Assembly: GCA_045837725.1 (NCBI GenBank)
Contig: JBEWZL010000282.1
Span: forward strand, 62,001-126,000
Direction: 5' to 3'
DNA: 64,000 nucleotides
Source of the DNA: Vermamoeba vermiformis
Lineage: Eukaryota
Positions 39,501-50,742 of this stretch are shown piece by piece. A program made the position numbers and the translations under genes. The notes beneath the pieces were generated by a model, which ran no database searches, was not told where the DNA came from, and was given only the letters and a program-made list of their open reading frames with translations. Positions within the stretch are counted from its first letter, which is position 1, and every line of letters starts with the position of its first letter.

Positions 39501-41975
39501 ATCTCGGAAAATTTGCGTATAATAGGGGGTGACTTCAATTGCATATACGAAAAAAGAGATCGAATCAGCTACAGTAAGAAGAACAAAACATTCGAGGCAG
39601 CTTTACAACCAAGCATAGCAAAAAAATTAGAAACCAACTACTTCATTGACGTATATCGCTCAATGAACCCTTTAAAGAAAGGTTTCACACACTATACTAA
39701 TAACATAAATAACCCATCAATCGATAATATATACCTCAACAAAGCCAGAATAGACTATGTATATATCAACGACGAAAAGATTGACCATGTTATTGATAGC
39801 AAAGTTGAAAAAAAGAATGACTATATAGAATCAGACCATAGACTACTAATAACATCAATTAAATCAATAAATGCGATCTCATTAACAAGTGCACCTACCC
39901 GGCAATTCATCAACACAAGAGAACTTAACCGCGACAAGGTACAACAAGCGGTCAAAGACATAAGTGAGAGTAACGCATCAATTCTGAATATTAGCCTGAA
40001 CGATAACATTAAGAGTATGAATAAGACTCTTAAAAACTGGGCTGCAAAGCTCAGAGCAAAATTCCAAAAAGAAAACAAGCGACGAGAACAAAAGAAAATC
40101 GATAAACGATTGCTCCCGATAAAGAAAGCACTACGGCATATTAATAATATTATTATGCTTCATAATAAAAATGAGAAGTCGCAAGGCTTGTTTACAAGTA
40201 AATTAAATAAGATCCTCAACAAGTTTGATTATGACAACATCAAAATTGAACTCGATTTCAATATATTAAATAATATCAGAAATCGCTTGACTAAGGAACG
40301 TAAAAAGATAATGTGCGTCATCAAGAAAGATGAAATTAATGAACGAATACGGAGAAGGCTACAGATCCGAGACCATAACTTCAGCCAGTACATTCGACTA
40401 ATTTTTGGAAAAGACATGGGTACGGAAATAAACTTCATAAAAGAGAATGATGAAATTCTTACCTCGAAAGAAGATATTAAGCGAGTAATCCAACAATACT
40501 GGGAAAAAATGTTAACCACGAAAACAGGCGCCAACAATGAACCAAAAGCATGGCTCCAAAAAGAAATTGCCATTGAGTATAGCCCAGACCTAATGAGAGA
40601 AATAACATTAGAAGAGTTAAAAGCAACTATTGAGCGAATGAACAACCATAAGTCACCAGGACCGGACAACATCCCGGTGGATCTAATCAAACTCTTCTCA
40701 GATAATGAATTAGGCCAATACGTAACCTTGATGAATAACTGCCTTAGAGATGGAGATATTCCCAATGAGTGGCGAAAAGGTACGATCCGGCTTATTCACA
40801 AAGACGGAAACAGGGGCGAGCCAGGTAACTATCGTCCAATCACTCTCCTGCAAACCACGTACAAAATATTCAGTACTATTATAAGAGATAGATTAACTGA
40901 CTATTGTGAAACAAACAAACTATTTTCTAATTATCAGACAGGATTTCGTAAAAATAAAAGTGCGCACGATAATATTACCATTCTAAAAGCAATAATCGAG
41001 GACAGTAAATTAGGGAAAGAACTGAATATCACCTACCTAGACTTTAAAAAGGCTTACGACAGTGTGGAACATTGGGCAATTCGAGAAGTGTTAGAATACT
41101 ACAAAGTTGATTTGCGATTAGTAAACTTAATCGAAAATATGTACAAAGACAACAAATTAAGAATTAACGTCAATAACGAATTAACGGACGAATTCAATTG
41201 CAATCGAGGGGTAAAACAAGGAGATGGCCTTTCGCCATTAATATTTTTAATCTTCATAAACCCCATCCTAACCTTAATTGAAGAGAAACACAAAGGATAT
41301 GCATTCTATAACAACGAAGAACTTACAATTCCTCTACTGGCCTTCGCAGACGATGTCGCGCTCATCTCTGATAACTTCGAACAAATCAAAGAGATGAATA
41401 AATTAATAGAGCAGTTCTCGTTAACATATGGTATCAAGATTAACCATAACAAGTCAGCGTTCACTAGCAACAACCTACATAACAATACAATTAATTACTA
41501 CGGAAAAAATATTAAATACAATAGACCGGACGAAAGCTATAAGTATCTAGGACTATTTGTTAACCTCAATAATGACGACAGCGAGTCGCAAGCCCATTAC
41601 GTGGCAAAGACTCGTCAAAGACTTAATATAATTAAACGTAAAAAACTCAATATTAATCTCAAAGTGGAACTTGTCAAAAAAGTCATTTATCCGTGCATTC
41701 AATACTTAATGCCAGTAATATTAATTGATAGTGTTAAAGCAAATGAACTAAATGAGGAAATAATGCACATAATAAAATATACAATACCGATCCGCCGCAA
41801 TTCAAATAACGAACAGTTCTACTTACCCCGAGAACTCGGTGGTCTTAACCTCCCACCAATAGCTGATTTAAACAAAAAAATACTATGCAAACACTTCTTT
41901 GAACGGGGCCTTAACGGAGACCAAAAAATACTTACGCAAGTTATTTATTTTAGTCTACTTAAATATATGGTTTAA
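36531..41975 (+). CDS. Retrotransposon polyprotein: hydrophobic leader - RRM-type ORF1 - LKLVGG - Tudor-like - APE endonuclease - reverse transcriptase
   Basis: APE motifs NING, CIQE, GGVAILL, NIYA, GDFN, RIDY and SDH. RT motifs KSPGPD, NYRPITLL, QTGFR, LDFKKAYDSV, GVKQGDGLSP, FADD, YKYLG and LPRELGGL. First in-element in-frame ATG is 36531. Confidence 0.92.
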   Translation: MHKLKLNVIVSTLLTLIFVGLIFLESQPIINENLNLTNKHLKKSNVEFPKHICPGIIEFQTLSVEMRSKPENQINRNYQKYTLLYTSLKYNYKITNIKSIFRQTGQKTATRSTLLDQNYRQWKIQTSYVLDLSRIFSADKYNLSKKDSLNFVSSTTFNHTMNNNNNLKDFLDDENMGEALASMFPIDVIDDSIESSSIEEKSDRVEPINQEHAAKKRKLDQTSFLITAKETRANAPPPRTTKAPVFKPKAKEPKNIKDHVEEQRKLNDFRNKQRSYATSFHRFYVPTDKKIYIDVEKPNTNQILREEPNDAATPPNLYDGYYWIVVVGLDDNWSKSQLKQVFKTTPQEVVAGRIEKQGRDWFFPFRSQKSAQLARDNVFDKLKATPMKPAPLVRVQPTKPQVVKEVLIRKVKTRDAEGELIEQSWVGKLPIKSITIRPSKAPGKEELNNIFIELDELEDHNDIFLYGGLIRLNQTDYSIVPCFPRERMLQAYRIPNDPMWLDHQWVKERFDLLLNGMSITITEVFVPTEADGNVSQNALVLFETAEDALKATTQFFAFTWGPMKAEANITFQSPIWQRNKVSIILSITNTNTNNPIIDQKVAQYEHKCYQSITLKLFLTNADIIYILLLYTHVRLHYIKNQIKTLLLVTLLLRASSIPIQLVQFLHRIPTGQRKQRVRHNAKKQQLIDNRVSLYIDNKLVSRPALSKINKKNVTILIKNELKLKPNQYRVTFNKYNKNIFIALKLVGGNNLLNKKILAYFDNEFYEGTIIQAKKNYKYTIKWDNGDDNSDIYLHPYDNTHQPRHDAWFLKDEEPITIETNEIKIAFKNINGKFNDMISDIESTMRANRLDFLCIQELKLNSEQYIEPIQGYTMIKNLKPRSMIEDEYVARKTAEIQKRTTNDDKKEHDIKMILKDKAKDKGGVAILLRNCWEPFIQEVIKDDIEHRFIHIRLRINNNDIWITNIYAHSDGTITEKEALFDRVLEINSGNLISENLRIIGGDFNCIYEKRDRISYSKKNKTFEAALQPSIAKKLETNYFIDVYRSMNPLKKGFTHYTNNINNPSIDNIYLNKARIDYVYINDEKIDHVIDSKVEKKNDYIESDHRLLITSIKSINAISLTSAPTRQFINTRELNRDKVQQAVKDISESNASILNISLNDNIKSMNKTLKNWAAKLRAKFQKENKRREQKKIDKRLLPIKKALRHINNIIMLHNKNEKSQGLFTSKLNKILNKFDYDNIKIELDFNILNNIRNRLTKERKKIMCVIKKDEINERIRRRLQIRDHNFSQYIRLIFGKDMGTEINFIKENDEILTSKEDIKRVIQQYWEKMLTTKTGANNEPKAWLQKEIAIEYSPDLMREITLEELKATIERMNNHKSPGPDNIPVDLIKLFSDNELGQYVTLMNNCLRDGDIPNEWRKGTIRLIHKDGNRGEPGNYRPITLLQTTYKIFSTIIRDRLTDYCETNKLFSNYQTGFRKNKSAHDNITILKAIIEDSKLGKELNITYLDFKKAYDSVEHWAIREVLEYYKVDLRLVNLIENMYKDNKLRINVNNELTDEFNCNRGVKQGDGLSPLIFLIFINPILTLIEEKHKGYAFYNNEELTIPLLAFADDVALISDNFEQIKEMNKLIEQFSLTYGIKINHNKSAFTSNNLHNNTINYYGKNIKYNRPDESYKYLGLFVNLNNDDSESQAHYVAKTRQRLNIIKRKKLNINLKVELVKKVIYPCIQYLMPVILIDSVKANELNEEIMHIIKYTIPIRRNSNNEQFYLPRELGGLNLPPIADLNKKILCKHFFERGLNGDQKILTQVIYFSLLKYMV
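37011..38334 (+). CDS. Predicted spliced ORF1 protein (37011-38270 + 38323-38334, 423 aa), RRM-like nucleic-acid-binding protein
   Basis: GC-richer block starting at ATG 37011. RRM-like segments WIVVVGLDDNWSKSQLKQVF...WFFPFRSQKSAQLA and ALVLFETAEDALKA. Ends RNK|TRK* if intron 38271-38322 is removed. Confidence 0.55.
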
Positions 41976-43638
41976 TAGTAAGTGGCCTAAAGGAAAAATT
42001 ATCGGAGAATCAATAGAGCATAAAATATTCAACATCGTAAGAGAAAATAATATAGAAATAAAAGATTCGGAGGACGATCCAACAGATCTCGCAAAGTACA
42101 TCCCTAATGTACCACTGGTCGATAAATTGAAACGCATCAATGTACAAAAAACAAGTAACTTAATCTCTAAAACATACGAACAATATGGTAACTGGCTAAT
42201 AGGAATTGTAGAAATTAATAGTCGGGCAAGAGACGAGACTGAGAGAATAACCCTTGATGAATACAATACTATCAAGAATATTTTATGCACTCGTAATACA
42301 ACTATATTCAAAGAACATATCCCAATAGAACGGAAAACAAAAAGAATAATGCTAGAAAACGGACCGATAAAAATTAACGATAGAGTCGCAATATGGACAG
42401 ACGGATCTTATGACAAAAAAACAAATAAGGCCGCCTTTGCTGTGTGGTATAATACAAATCGTTTTATACAGCAAAGAACGAATGACGACCAAAATATCTT
42501 CCAATCCGAATTGGAAGCTATTGAAAAAGCTCTTAAAACATCCCGCGAATTTAATAAGATAATTATATTCACGGACTCACTCAGCGCTATTAATCTAATT
42601 CAACAAATAACGAAAAATAAACTAACAAAAAAACACTTACACGGAAAATACCATCCGATCATTAATCGACTAGCGAAACAACTGAAGCGTCGAGACGTGA
42701 TCTTCGAACACATACCTAGTCATATAAATAAGAAGTTAGCAAAATTAGAGAACGAGAAAGAGCACAGTAAAAAACAGAAATTACTGTCACGATTGAAAGA
42801 GCTAGAAAATAAATACGGCGCAATACTTGCCCATATAATAAACGGAAATGAAACGGTAGATAAACTAGCGGTAGAAGCAAAAGACTTACCACTAAACCGC
42901 AAAAAGCCCAAAGGAATGAAAAGGTTCGTATTTGAAATTGAGGAGATAATAACAACGGCTCCGATCGATGTCCTAATAAAAAATAATCAGACTCAGCACC
43001 ACAAAGAAACTATTAAAAATAAGAAGTCCAAAAAGGACCGAGAAATACATCTAAACCAACAAAAACTAATAGACCATGAATCGTCGCGAGAGGTACTCTC
43101 ACAAAATGATTCTATGGTTAATTTCGTATGGAAACTAAGGAATAAACAACTCAATGGCAAAGCAGAAATGACCCGAAAGATCAGAAAAACAGGAGAGGAT
43201 CGAGATAACCTCCGTTTAAAAGAACTATACCAGGACACTATATGTATATTCTGTAATCACGATAAAGAAAATACGGAACATATTCTGAATTTTTGCCCTG
43301 AATGGGACATAGCCCGTTCCGAGATGCACGAAGAAATTAAAAATTATTTAGGCAATATTAAAGTTAACGATTGGACAGATAGAAAAATAAATGATAACGA
43401 AGAAAAAAAGATATGCTCTTTTGGATACTTTCCAAAGAGCGTACGAATAGAAATTAAAAAACAAATAAAAAATAAAAAATTAATCCACAAAAAATGCTCA
43501 GACCTCTTTTACATTCATATGAAACACCTCCGTATAATTTATCGAGAACGATGTAAAAGATATTTTGAGTACTTACGTGATAAATTCCATGATAATAAAG
43601 AGATCCTCCAGAGGAGCAGATCAAAGGACTATGGCTAA
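41899..43638 (+). CDS. Retrotransposon C-terminal part: RNase H and CCHC zinc finger (+1 frame relative to RT)
   Basis: IWTDGS, ELEAI, IIFTDS, HIPSH and GNETVDKLA (RNase H); CIFC...ENTEHILNFC (finger). Confidence 0.9.
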   Translation: MNGALTETKKYLRKLFILVYLNIWFNSKWPKGKIIGESIEHKIFNIVRENNIEIKDSEDDPTDLAKYIPNVPLVDKLKRINVQKTSNLISKTYEQYGNWLIGIVEINSRARDETERITLDEYNTIKNILCTRNTTIFKEHIPIERKTKRIMLENGPIKINDRVAIWTDGSYDKKTNKAAFAVWYNTNRFIQQRTNDDQNIFQSELEAIEKALKTSREFNKIIIFTDSLSAINLIQQITKNKLTKKHLHGKYHPIINRLAKQLKRRDVIFEHIPSHINKKLAKLENEKEHSKKQKLLSRLKELENKYGAILAHIINGNETVDKLAVEAKDLPLNRKKPKGMKRFVFEIEEIITTAPIDVLIKNNQTQHHKETIKNKKSKKDREIHLNQQKLIDHESSREVLSQNDSMVNFVWKLRNKQLNGKAEMTRKIRKTGEDRDNLRLKELYQDTICIFCNHDKENTEHILNFCPEWDIARSEMHEEIKNYLGNIKVNDWTDRKINDNEEKKICSFGYFPKSVRIEIKKQIKNKKLIHKKCSDLFYIHMKHLRIIYRERCKRYFEYLRDKFHDNKEILQRSRSKDYG

Positions 43639-43762
43639 AAACTGTGACGACTGAGGGAAAAGAGCGTTCGCACATGAATAATACCTCGGAAATGAGGTTG
43701 TCTCTTTTCGACTCTGACTTAACTAACAATTAAGTCAAAAGAAAAAAACTAAACTAAACTAA

Positions 43763-43779
43763 TCATAGGAGCTTGTAAG
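43763..43779 (+). repeat. Right target-site duplication TCATAGGAGCTTGTAAG
   Basis: Identical to 36478-36494 and directly follows the AAAAAAACTAAACTAAACTAA tail. Confidence 0.95.
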
Positions 43780-43854
43780 TTGCGGCGAAATTTTTATGCG
43801 ATTTTGCGTCCGTGGATAACACAAATAAGACAATATTATTGAGTAAATAACAAA

Positions 43855-45373
43855 ATGGATATCGATAGCCCAAGCGAAGGAGTTCCGCTGGAGATGTGGA
43901 ACGCCATCTTGCATTTTTTGGATTGTCAAACCTTAGCCGTGGCTCAGCGCGTTTGCAAAGATTTTTATCATTTGTCTGTACGAGAAGAACATTGGAAAAA
44001 AGAAGCGTTAGCCTTATTCTCATCGGTAATATTAATTTTTTCGATTTTTTTCGAATTGAATAAAATTCCGAATACTGATTTTCTGAAAATAGAATATCAC
44101 GCCTTATTTTACAGAAAAATACAGCTCTAACGCGAGTTGGCGAAAGTTAATTAAAGATATTAAACGTAAGTCGCTTACAAAAGCAGATCGTAGATGCAGC
44201 TTATTCAAAATTTTTACAGAACACGATATGTCCGGTTCCTGGGAGATATATATACGTCTAGACGATCATTTTGACGTATTTACTATTTTTGGTCGCTGGG
44301 AAATCACGAATAACTCGTCCCGCTTTTGCAGCAAAATTCTTCATGGATTTGGCAATGCCCCGTGGGGACCTTTCTCGACAATAGGCTGTAATATAGGCCC
44401 TCATTATTCTCTACTCCATACATATAACGAAGGAGCATATTATTCAAGTAAGCCACCAAAAGAAAAGGTCACGCGACGATCGGATCTGAAAGTAACATTT
44501 CCTTTTTAGGTTACATTGGTACCATTGATGAAGATGCTAAGACTAAGGCTAAAATACTATATGGACCTTATAAAACGAACTGGTAAGGGCTAGTAACTGA
44601 AAAAATATGTCGAAAAAGTTCTGACCGGATCTATTTCCTTATTAGGGAAGACTTAACTGGTTCATTTGTTGCTATAAATACTTCTACGACATTAGACCGC
44701 AAGCAAGTAATCGAAATTTTACGCGAGCGACTCCACAAAGTTAGTAGAACTCGAGATGAAAAATGTACGTCCAAAAATATTCATTACAAATTATTCTAAT
44801 GAACTTTGGTTATTATATAGATGACGAAATATTATCAAAATTAGCAGGAAAATTATTTGAAGTATCATTTACAGCTGATGAAGCCTGTTTGGTATGTCAC
44901 ATCCGAGATCAAATCCATAACTTTCATGAAATTTGCTTTACTTATTATTATTTTTATTATAGAAGGACGACAATATGCCTGAAAAGTTCAAATTTACCTT
45001 TAGATTGAACTACAGCACCAATAAGAAAGGTCTTAAAGGATTCATCGTGACAACGGATCGCGGATTCGTTCCAATGGCGCTAATCAAGTCGTCGTTAGTA
45101 TTAGGTACTATACTAGATAATATGATACAAGTATCGTTTGTTGTTTGGAAAGCACAACATTCTTATACTACAATAACGGCACTGTTCAATTTCGAATTGT
45201 CCGAAAAGCAAGTTGAAATGTCCGAGAACGGCGTTATTACCAAACAAAATATTTGCAATATTATGCTGGATGGTAGCTATGTTTGGAGCGATAATAATGA
45301 CCCGTTAAATTACGGCAAAGTTATCGGACATTCAATCGATGACAAAAGCTCAACAAACAATCGACGAAAATAA
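43855..45373 (+). CDS. F-box protein (multi-exon)
   Basis: VPLEMWNAILHFLDCQTLAVAQRVCKDFYHL..EEHWK F-box. Downstream exons have GT-AG junctions. Confidence 0.8.
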
Positions 45374-45409
45374 ATAAAATTAATTGATTTTTCTCCAAAA
45401 AAGGGAAAT

Positions 45410-47013
45410 TTAATAATTATGACGGCGCGTCAGTGTTTTTATTGCGTTATGAACCAATTGAAAAACAGGCTTTGAATCTTCTTGTTGGAATTTCGCTTGT
45501 AAAGTGAATACTTGCTCTAATACCTCCGAATAATCTCTATATTCGTATCCAGGTACTCGTATAAATTTGAAGATTTGGAGCCAGATCTCTAGTGGGAACA
45601 GATCCAGAGATTCGGATCGGCGAGCAAGATTCCAAATCGTAAGTATCATATTCAAGTTTGCTTTATGTTGCTTCCTTCTATTCCTCGTGAGATGTCTTGC
45701 TATTAAGGTACTAACTGAATTTTCTTCGTCAATTTTCGTAGCACTGAACTCGATCTTGTTCAACGCGCTGTCGATCTGGCAGCGCATTAATTCAATCAAA
45801 CTCTCGTGCGATGGTATATCATTGTCTTTAATATTCAGATGCGTTAGTGTGCTATTTTCATAGAGTCCTTCAATAATCTTGCTTAGGCCAAAAGACCGAA
45901 GTTGGTTGTGCGACAGATCCAGATGTAGCAACGTTTTGTTTTTCTTCAATACTTCGCAAAGTGCATATGCCCCGTTAGTTGGAATAGGACATAAGCTCAT
46001 ATTCAAGCTTCGTATTATTTGGTTTGATATTAAGGCTTCTTGAAGTTGTTTTGAAATTTGCGGATCTTCGAACAGATCTGACGCCATGCTGAGCGATGTA
46101 ATTGACTTGTTTGTAGTTATTAATTCTATTAATGAATTCGTGGAATTTCTGTTGAAGCTATTTTTGAGAATATTTAATTCGGTCAATGTTGAATTGCAGC
46201 TTTAATCCTTCGACCAGTGCGACACATCCGTCTTCAGACTTGTATCCACTTTCAACTAATTCTAATATTCGTAATGTGCTATTTATCTTGAGCATGTCGC
46301 CTATACTCTTCCAAGCGTCGTATTCAAGCGTGTTGTAACTCAGATCGAGTTTCGTAATGGATGTGTTTTTCGTCAAAGCGTTGCATAATCGAATACATCC
46401 TTCATTTTCTATTTGGTTGCCTTGTAATATTAACGTGGTCAATGTCCTATTGTGATTCTCTATAACTTCGCTGATAAAACTAAGTCCTTTGTCTTCGATC
46501 GAGCTGCCATCCAAAAAATTCAGTATTTTTATCGTCTTATTGACTTTAATTAATTCCGCGAAATATTTGCATGAATTAGGCTTGACGCTGCCTAGAGCCA
46601 GCTCGGTAATCGATTGATTTTCTTTCAATGTTTCGGCTAGCAAAAAACACCATTCTTTGCGAAACATGAACTCTATATATAATGTCTTGACTATAGTACT
46701 GTTCCTTATAGTATTGCAAGCAAAGCACCAATCATCCGTCGACAACGAACCAAGATCTCGTGGACCAAGGTAAATAAAATCTGTTGCAAGACCTTCTGGC
46801 CGTCGCTCTTTAATTAATTTAGCTAATTCACTCGTGTAAGATGGTATATTCTAACGAAATAATGATTAATGACGGATCCAAAAATTTTGATTTTTTTCGA
46901 TCTCAAATAATTCCCTTAATTTAATTCGAACTCATATTAATAAAATACTGTTGCAATTGGTATCCATAGTATATGGTAATTGTTAATATAATATTTACCT
47001 CAGTGTTGGACAT
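45410..47013 (-). CDS. RNI-like (NLRC3-type) LRR protein with C-terminal F-box-like motif; +1 frameshift near 46200
   Basis: NxTLxxLxLxxN 28-aa repeats in ORFs 46158-46745 and 45410-46186, and LDLFPLEIWLQIFKFI near the C-terminus. Confidence 0.8.
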
Positions 47014-47258
47014 TTTGTTCAGATATTTTTCTCCATCCAATTCCATTATCGGTCTTAAACTTGAGTTCGAGGTTACCAAGCAGCATTATTATAGTGTAAT
47101 CTTTTTTACACTAGTGTGGTTGTGCTGTTATTGCAGACGCGAGAACAAAAAAAATCGTCTCGGTCGAAAATCAAGCTGACTGCGACACCATTAACTTAAA
47201 AGACATTTTATGTTTTTTTTGACACTTTTAATGACACTTTAGACATGCGAGTAAAATT

Positions 47259-49017
47259 TTATTCGAATACAACATCAGCGTGGATCCTGTTCTTCCTCAA
47301 GAAATTGAACCAAGACTTGTGCTTTTGAAACGTCATTAAGCTGCTGAAAATGCCTTTAAAGTAAACAGATTTCAGTTGTGGCATTGATTTCAAGAAACTT
47401 TTGATTTCTTCCTCGACGTCGGATCCGACCACTGGCGTTACGTCGCACAACGTGACTCGCTCCAAATTGCTTAATTTCGTTAAATAAGGCATTATATTTT
47501 CATTGGTTGAATTTGACTCTTCTAATGAAAGTTCTCTGATTGTTAGTGGCAAATTGCAATTTTCTTTGATCAGCTCCGTTATGAAGGATCCGTGTAACGA
47601 CAATGACTGTAGGTTTGTCAATTTCAATAAAGCTCGTATATTCTCGTTTGTATAATCGATGCTGCCAACTGACAATTTCTTCAGTTGTTCCGCGTTTGGT
47701 GGCAAAATGAAACTTCCTCGGATCTTGAACGTTGTAAGGTTCGGAAAATTGCTTAGGAATGCTTCTGAGACATTTGAGAGGTATCTAAGTGATAAGTACT
47801 TGACTTGCGGCATTTTGAATGTCAAATCGACTGTTTTGGATTTAAAATAGGTGCCTATCTCCAGCTGCGTCAGATGTTGGAAATTTTGTAGCGAATTAAT
47901 TTCTTCGAATTCTGCGTCGAATAACTTCAGTGCTTCGAGTTGCGTTAATTGAGACATCTCCATAACATAACCGTTGCTATTAATCTGCAATCTTTTCAGT
48001 TTTGTAAATAGATCGAACATGGGTCTTTGAGGAACGCCTTTCGGGATCTGTACAATGCAGCGCAAGTCCGTTAAGTGCTTAAAAGCTGTAATATATTCTA
48101 CTAAGAACGGACTGCAATTTATGAACAAAGACCGCAAGCCAGTCAATCTTGTAAATTGGCCAAATGAGTCCCTACAAGCAGTGGATCCGTTAGTATTGTT
48201 TTGAACTCAGTCATAAATGTTATTCTATGCCATTGAACGTACTCGTCTGCCCACTTGCATTCAGGAATCGATAATTTTCGGAGATTAGTAAGGTACCCGA
48301 TCGCCGCTACAAAAACTAGATCAGCCAAAAAGGTCATATAGAAGAGCTTATACTTACGTAAAATCATCGCAGTAGAATTAATATCAAATCTCAGTTCTTC
48401 AAGAGCGGTCAAGTACTGCACATATTGAGATAAATCTTGGGTAAAAGAGACTGGCGTCAAAAAAAATTAGTCATGATCGTTAAAATCATATTCGTTACCA
48501 TTATTATAGCATAATCTCTTTAATGACGAAAATCGAGTCAAAATGCTCGGCTTCAAGTCGAATCCAACGATAGGGTATTGGGGAAAAACGAGTTCTCGAA
48601 GCCAACCTCCAGTATTGCGAAAATCTCTGCACACTAAATAATATAAGCAACATAACAATATTGGGCGTGGTCAATACCTTCATTAAAGTGTATTTTGACC
48701 GACAAAGTGCATCTCTGATAAATCTCCGTTTGAAGCTCGACAGGAAGGTCCAAAAAATACTCAACTACCATAAATGATACGTAAGTAAAATATTAACTAT
48801 TATATAGATGAAATTAATTTTATTGAATTTTTCTGCGTTAAGATCAGATCGTCGACCTGTCTGAATCAGATTCGCCTCTCAGTTGCCTCGTATAATAATA
48901 TAACTTACATTTTTCGTTGAACAGGGCGTCATCTTCATCGTCCTCCGTTTTACGGTGCTTATTTGGCTGGTCCTTCTCTTCGTCGAGCTTTCTCTTGCGG
49001 GAACTTCGCGTCTGCAT
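47259..49017 (-). CDS. F-box/LRR-type protein (multi-exon)
   Basis: Basic N-terminus RKRKLDE, LVCRDF F-box-like segment and LRRs in ORF 47259-48146. Confidence 0.7.
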
Positions 49018-49282
49018 CCTCGGAGCCTCTACTTCAACGAACTATAGTAGTCCTGCAAGGGTTTGTTTGTTGCAAATATCTTCAGAACAAACCAGCTATA
49101 GCTTATTATCGTTCACGTGGCAGTAACTTCTATTTTAGGAGCAGGACAAAATTTATCGCAAATTTTAACGGCATTTTGATTAACGGTACCAGAATATACG
49201 TATAATATAAATCTTTACATTTGTCTTATATACGTAGTAGTAAACAGCTACATATTTATTACACCTTCTGATAGCGTGCGAG

Positions 49283-50742
49283 GTTAGAACTTGTAGACTT
49301 GTTGGGCAGTGTAGTTCATCTTCTTCAACAAACCAGTCAACTCGCCTTGAGAGTAGTCGGGAGCCTTGTTGCCAGAGAGGTGGTTCATCATACCGCCAGG
49401 ACCACAGACCTGCGAAATTTGATCAGATCCGCACCGAAAAAATTGCCTTATTAGGAAACGAGCAATTATGACAAAATGAGATCTGTATTGGCAATAAAGA
49501 AAATAGACTTACCAAGACCAAGGAATCATCGCTGGGAGCAGGCATGTGCTTCTTGATGTGCTCTTCAGTCACGTAACCAACGCCTTGGTTCCAGTTCTTG
49601 CCAGGCTTTTCAACGACGTAGAACACTTTGAAGTTCTTGTGCTTCTTGGTCAAAGCGTCCAATCTGTCCTTCAACAAGATATCTTCTTCACCGATGTTAG
49701 CGAAGATCAAGCTGAGCTCGGTCTTGTCTTGAGGGTTCTTCAAGATTTCATGAATAACCTGCATAATATTATTAGTACGAGTTCTAACATTTAACATCAT
49801 TCCAAGCTAAGCTTGACAGGTGTCACTTTTCGGAGCGGATCTGACACGTGCAAAAACGGATCCGGCAGAGAATTATAAGCAACTTGATAGACATACCTGC
49901 AACATAGGGGTGATACCAGTGCCACCAGCAATCATTCCAATCTTTTTCTTCATGTTAGGCTCAATTTGCAACTTCTTGAGCGGGCCCTTAATGTCGAGGG
50001 TGTCACCGGGCTTCAACTCGTGGAAGTGAGTGGACATGGGTCCGTTGGGGTACTTCTTGATCAAAAAGTCGACGTAGCCTTTCTATAAATGGAAGTAAGG
50101 TTTAGCTAAACCCGTGTCATCGGAGTTTTACGGAGATTTTTTTACCTCGTCGTAAGTGATCGGGGTGTAAGGTCTAACAACAGGGTTGCCCTTATCGTCT
50201 TTAGGGTCGTTCTTAGCGCCCTTAGTCAACACGCAGCTAGCAACAGGCATGCCTATAAAAGGAAATTAGAATTAGCACGCGAGTATTACGACCACAAATC
50301 TTAGGCTCACCCAACTTATGCTCAGCTGATTGCAAATCGAAGCGGAAGATAGAGGTATTGTGATTAACTATACAAATATAATTATTAGCATTTTTTTTGG
50401 ATTTTTTTGGGTTTTTGATTACCCTTTTGGATCTCGCGCAACTTGAAAGATCTCCATTCATCAGGACTCAAAGCCAATAACTCCTTCTTACCATCGGCAT
50501 AGGCCTATATGATTTATTTAATTAGCTTTTGAAACTCCGTCACTTTTGATTTTCTTTCCCCGTACCTTGTTGTATTGAGAGTAGGCAAAAAATCCAGCGG
50601 CGGTAGTGCCTACTAAGCCCACAGTAAATAAGGTCTTTTGGGCAGAAGGAGCAGCCTTAGCGGATGTAAAAAGTTTTTGAGATTGCAATCTGGTTTGAGA
50701 AGCAACTTGGCGAATGCCAGCGGCTAATCTTGAGGCAAACAT
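49283..50742 (-). CDS. NADH-cytochrome b5 reductase, mitochondrial MCR1-like
   Basis: [46 protein letters not shown] and VCGPGG. Presequence plus TM segment. Confidence 0.95.

Larger units (their letters stand above)
36495..43762 (+). mobile_element. Apparently full-length non-LTR (LINE-like, APE-type) retrotransposon with RNase H, 7268 bp
   Basis: Bounded by a 17-bp direct repeat. Encodes RRM-like ORF1, APE, RT, RNase H and CCHC finger, with an A-rich (AAACT)n 3' tail. No LTRs seen. Confidence 0.95.

Noticed and set aside
36902-43238. Numerous antisense ORFs within the retrotransposon
   Set aside because: Low-complexity shadows of the A-rich sense frame, with no motifs.
36495-43762. LTR, DIRS or Penelope-type classification
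   Set aside because: No terminal repeats, integrase, tyrosine recombinase or GIY-YIG seen. APE, TSD and 3' tail indicate a non-LTR element.
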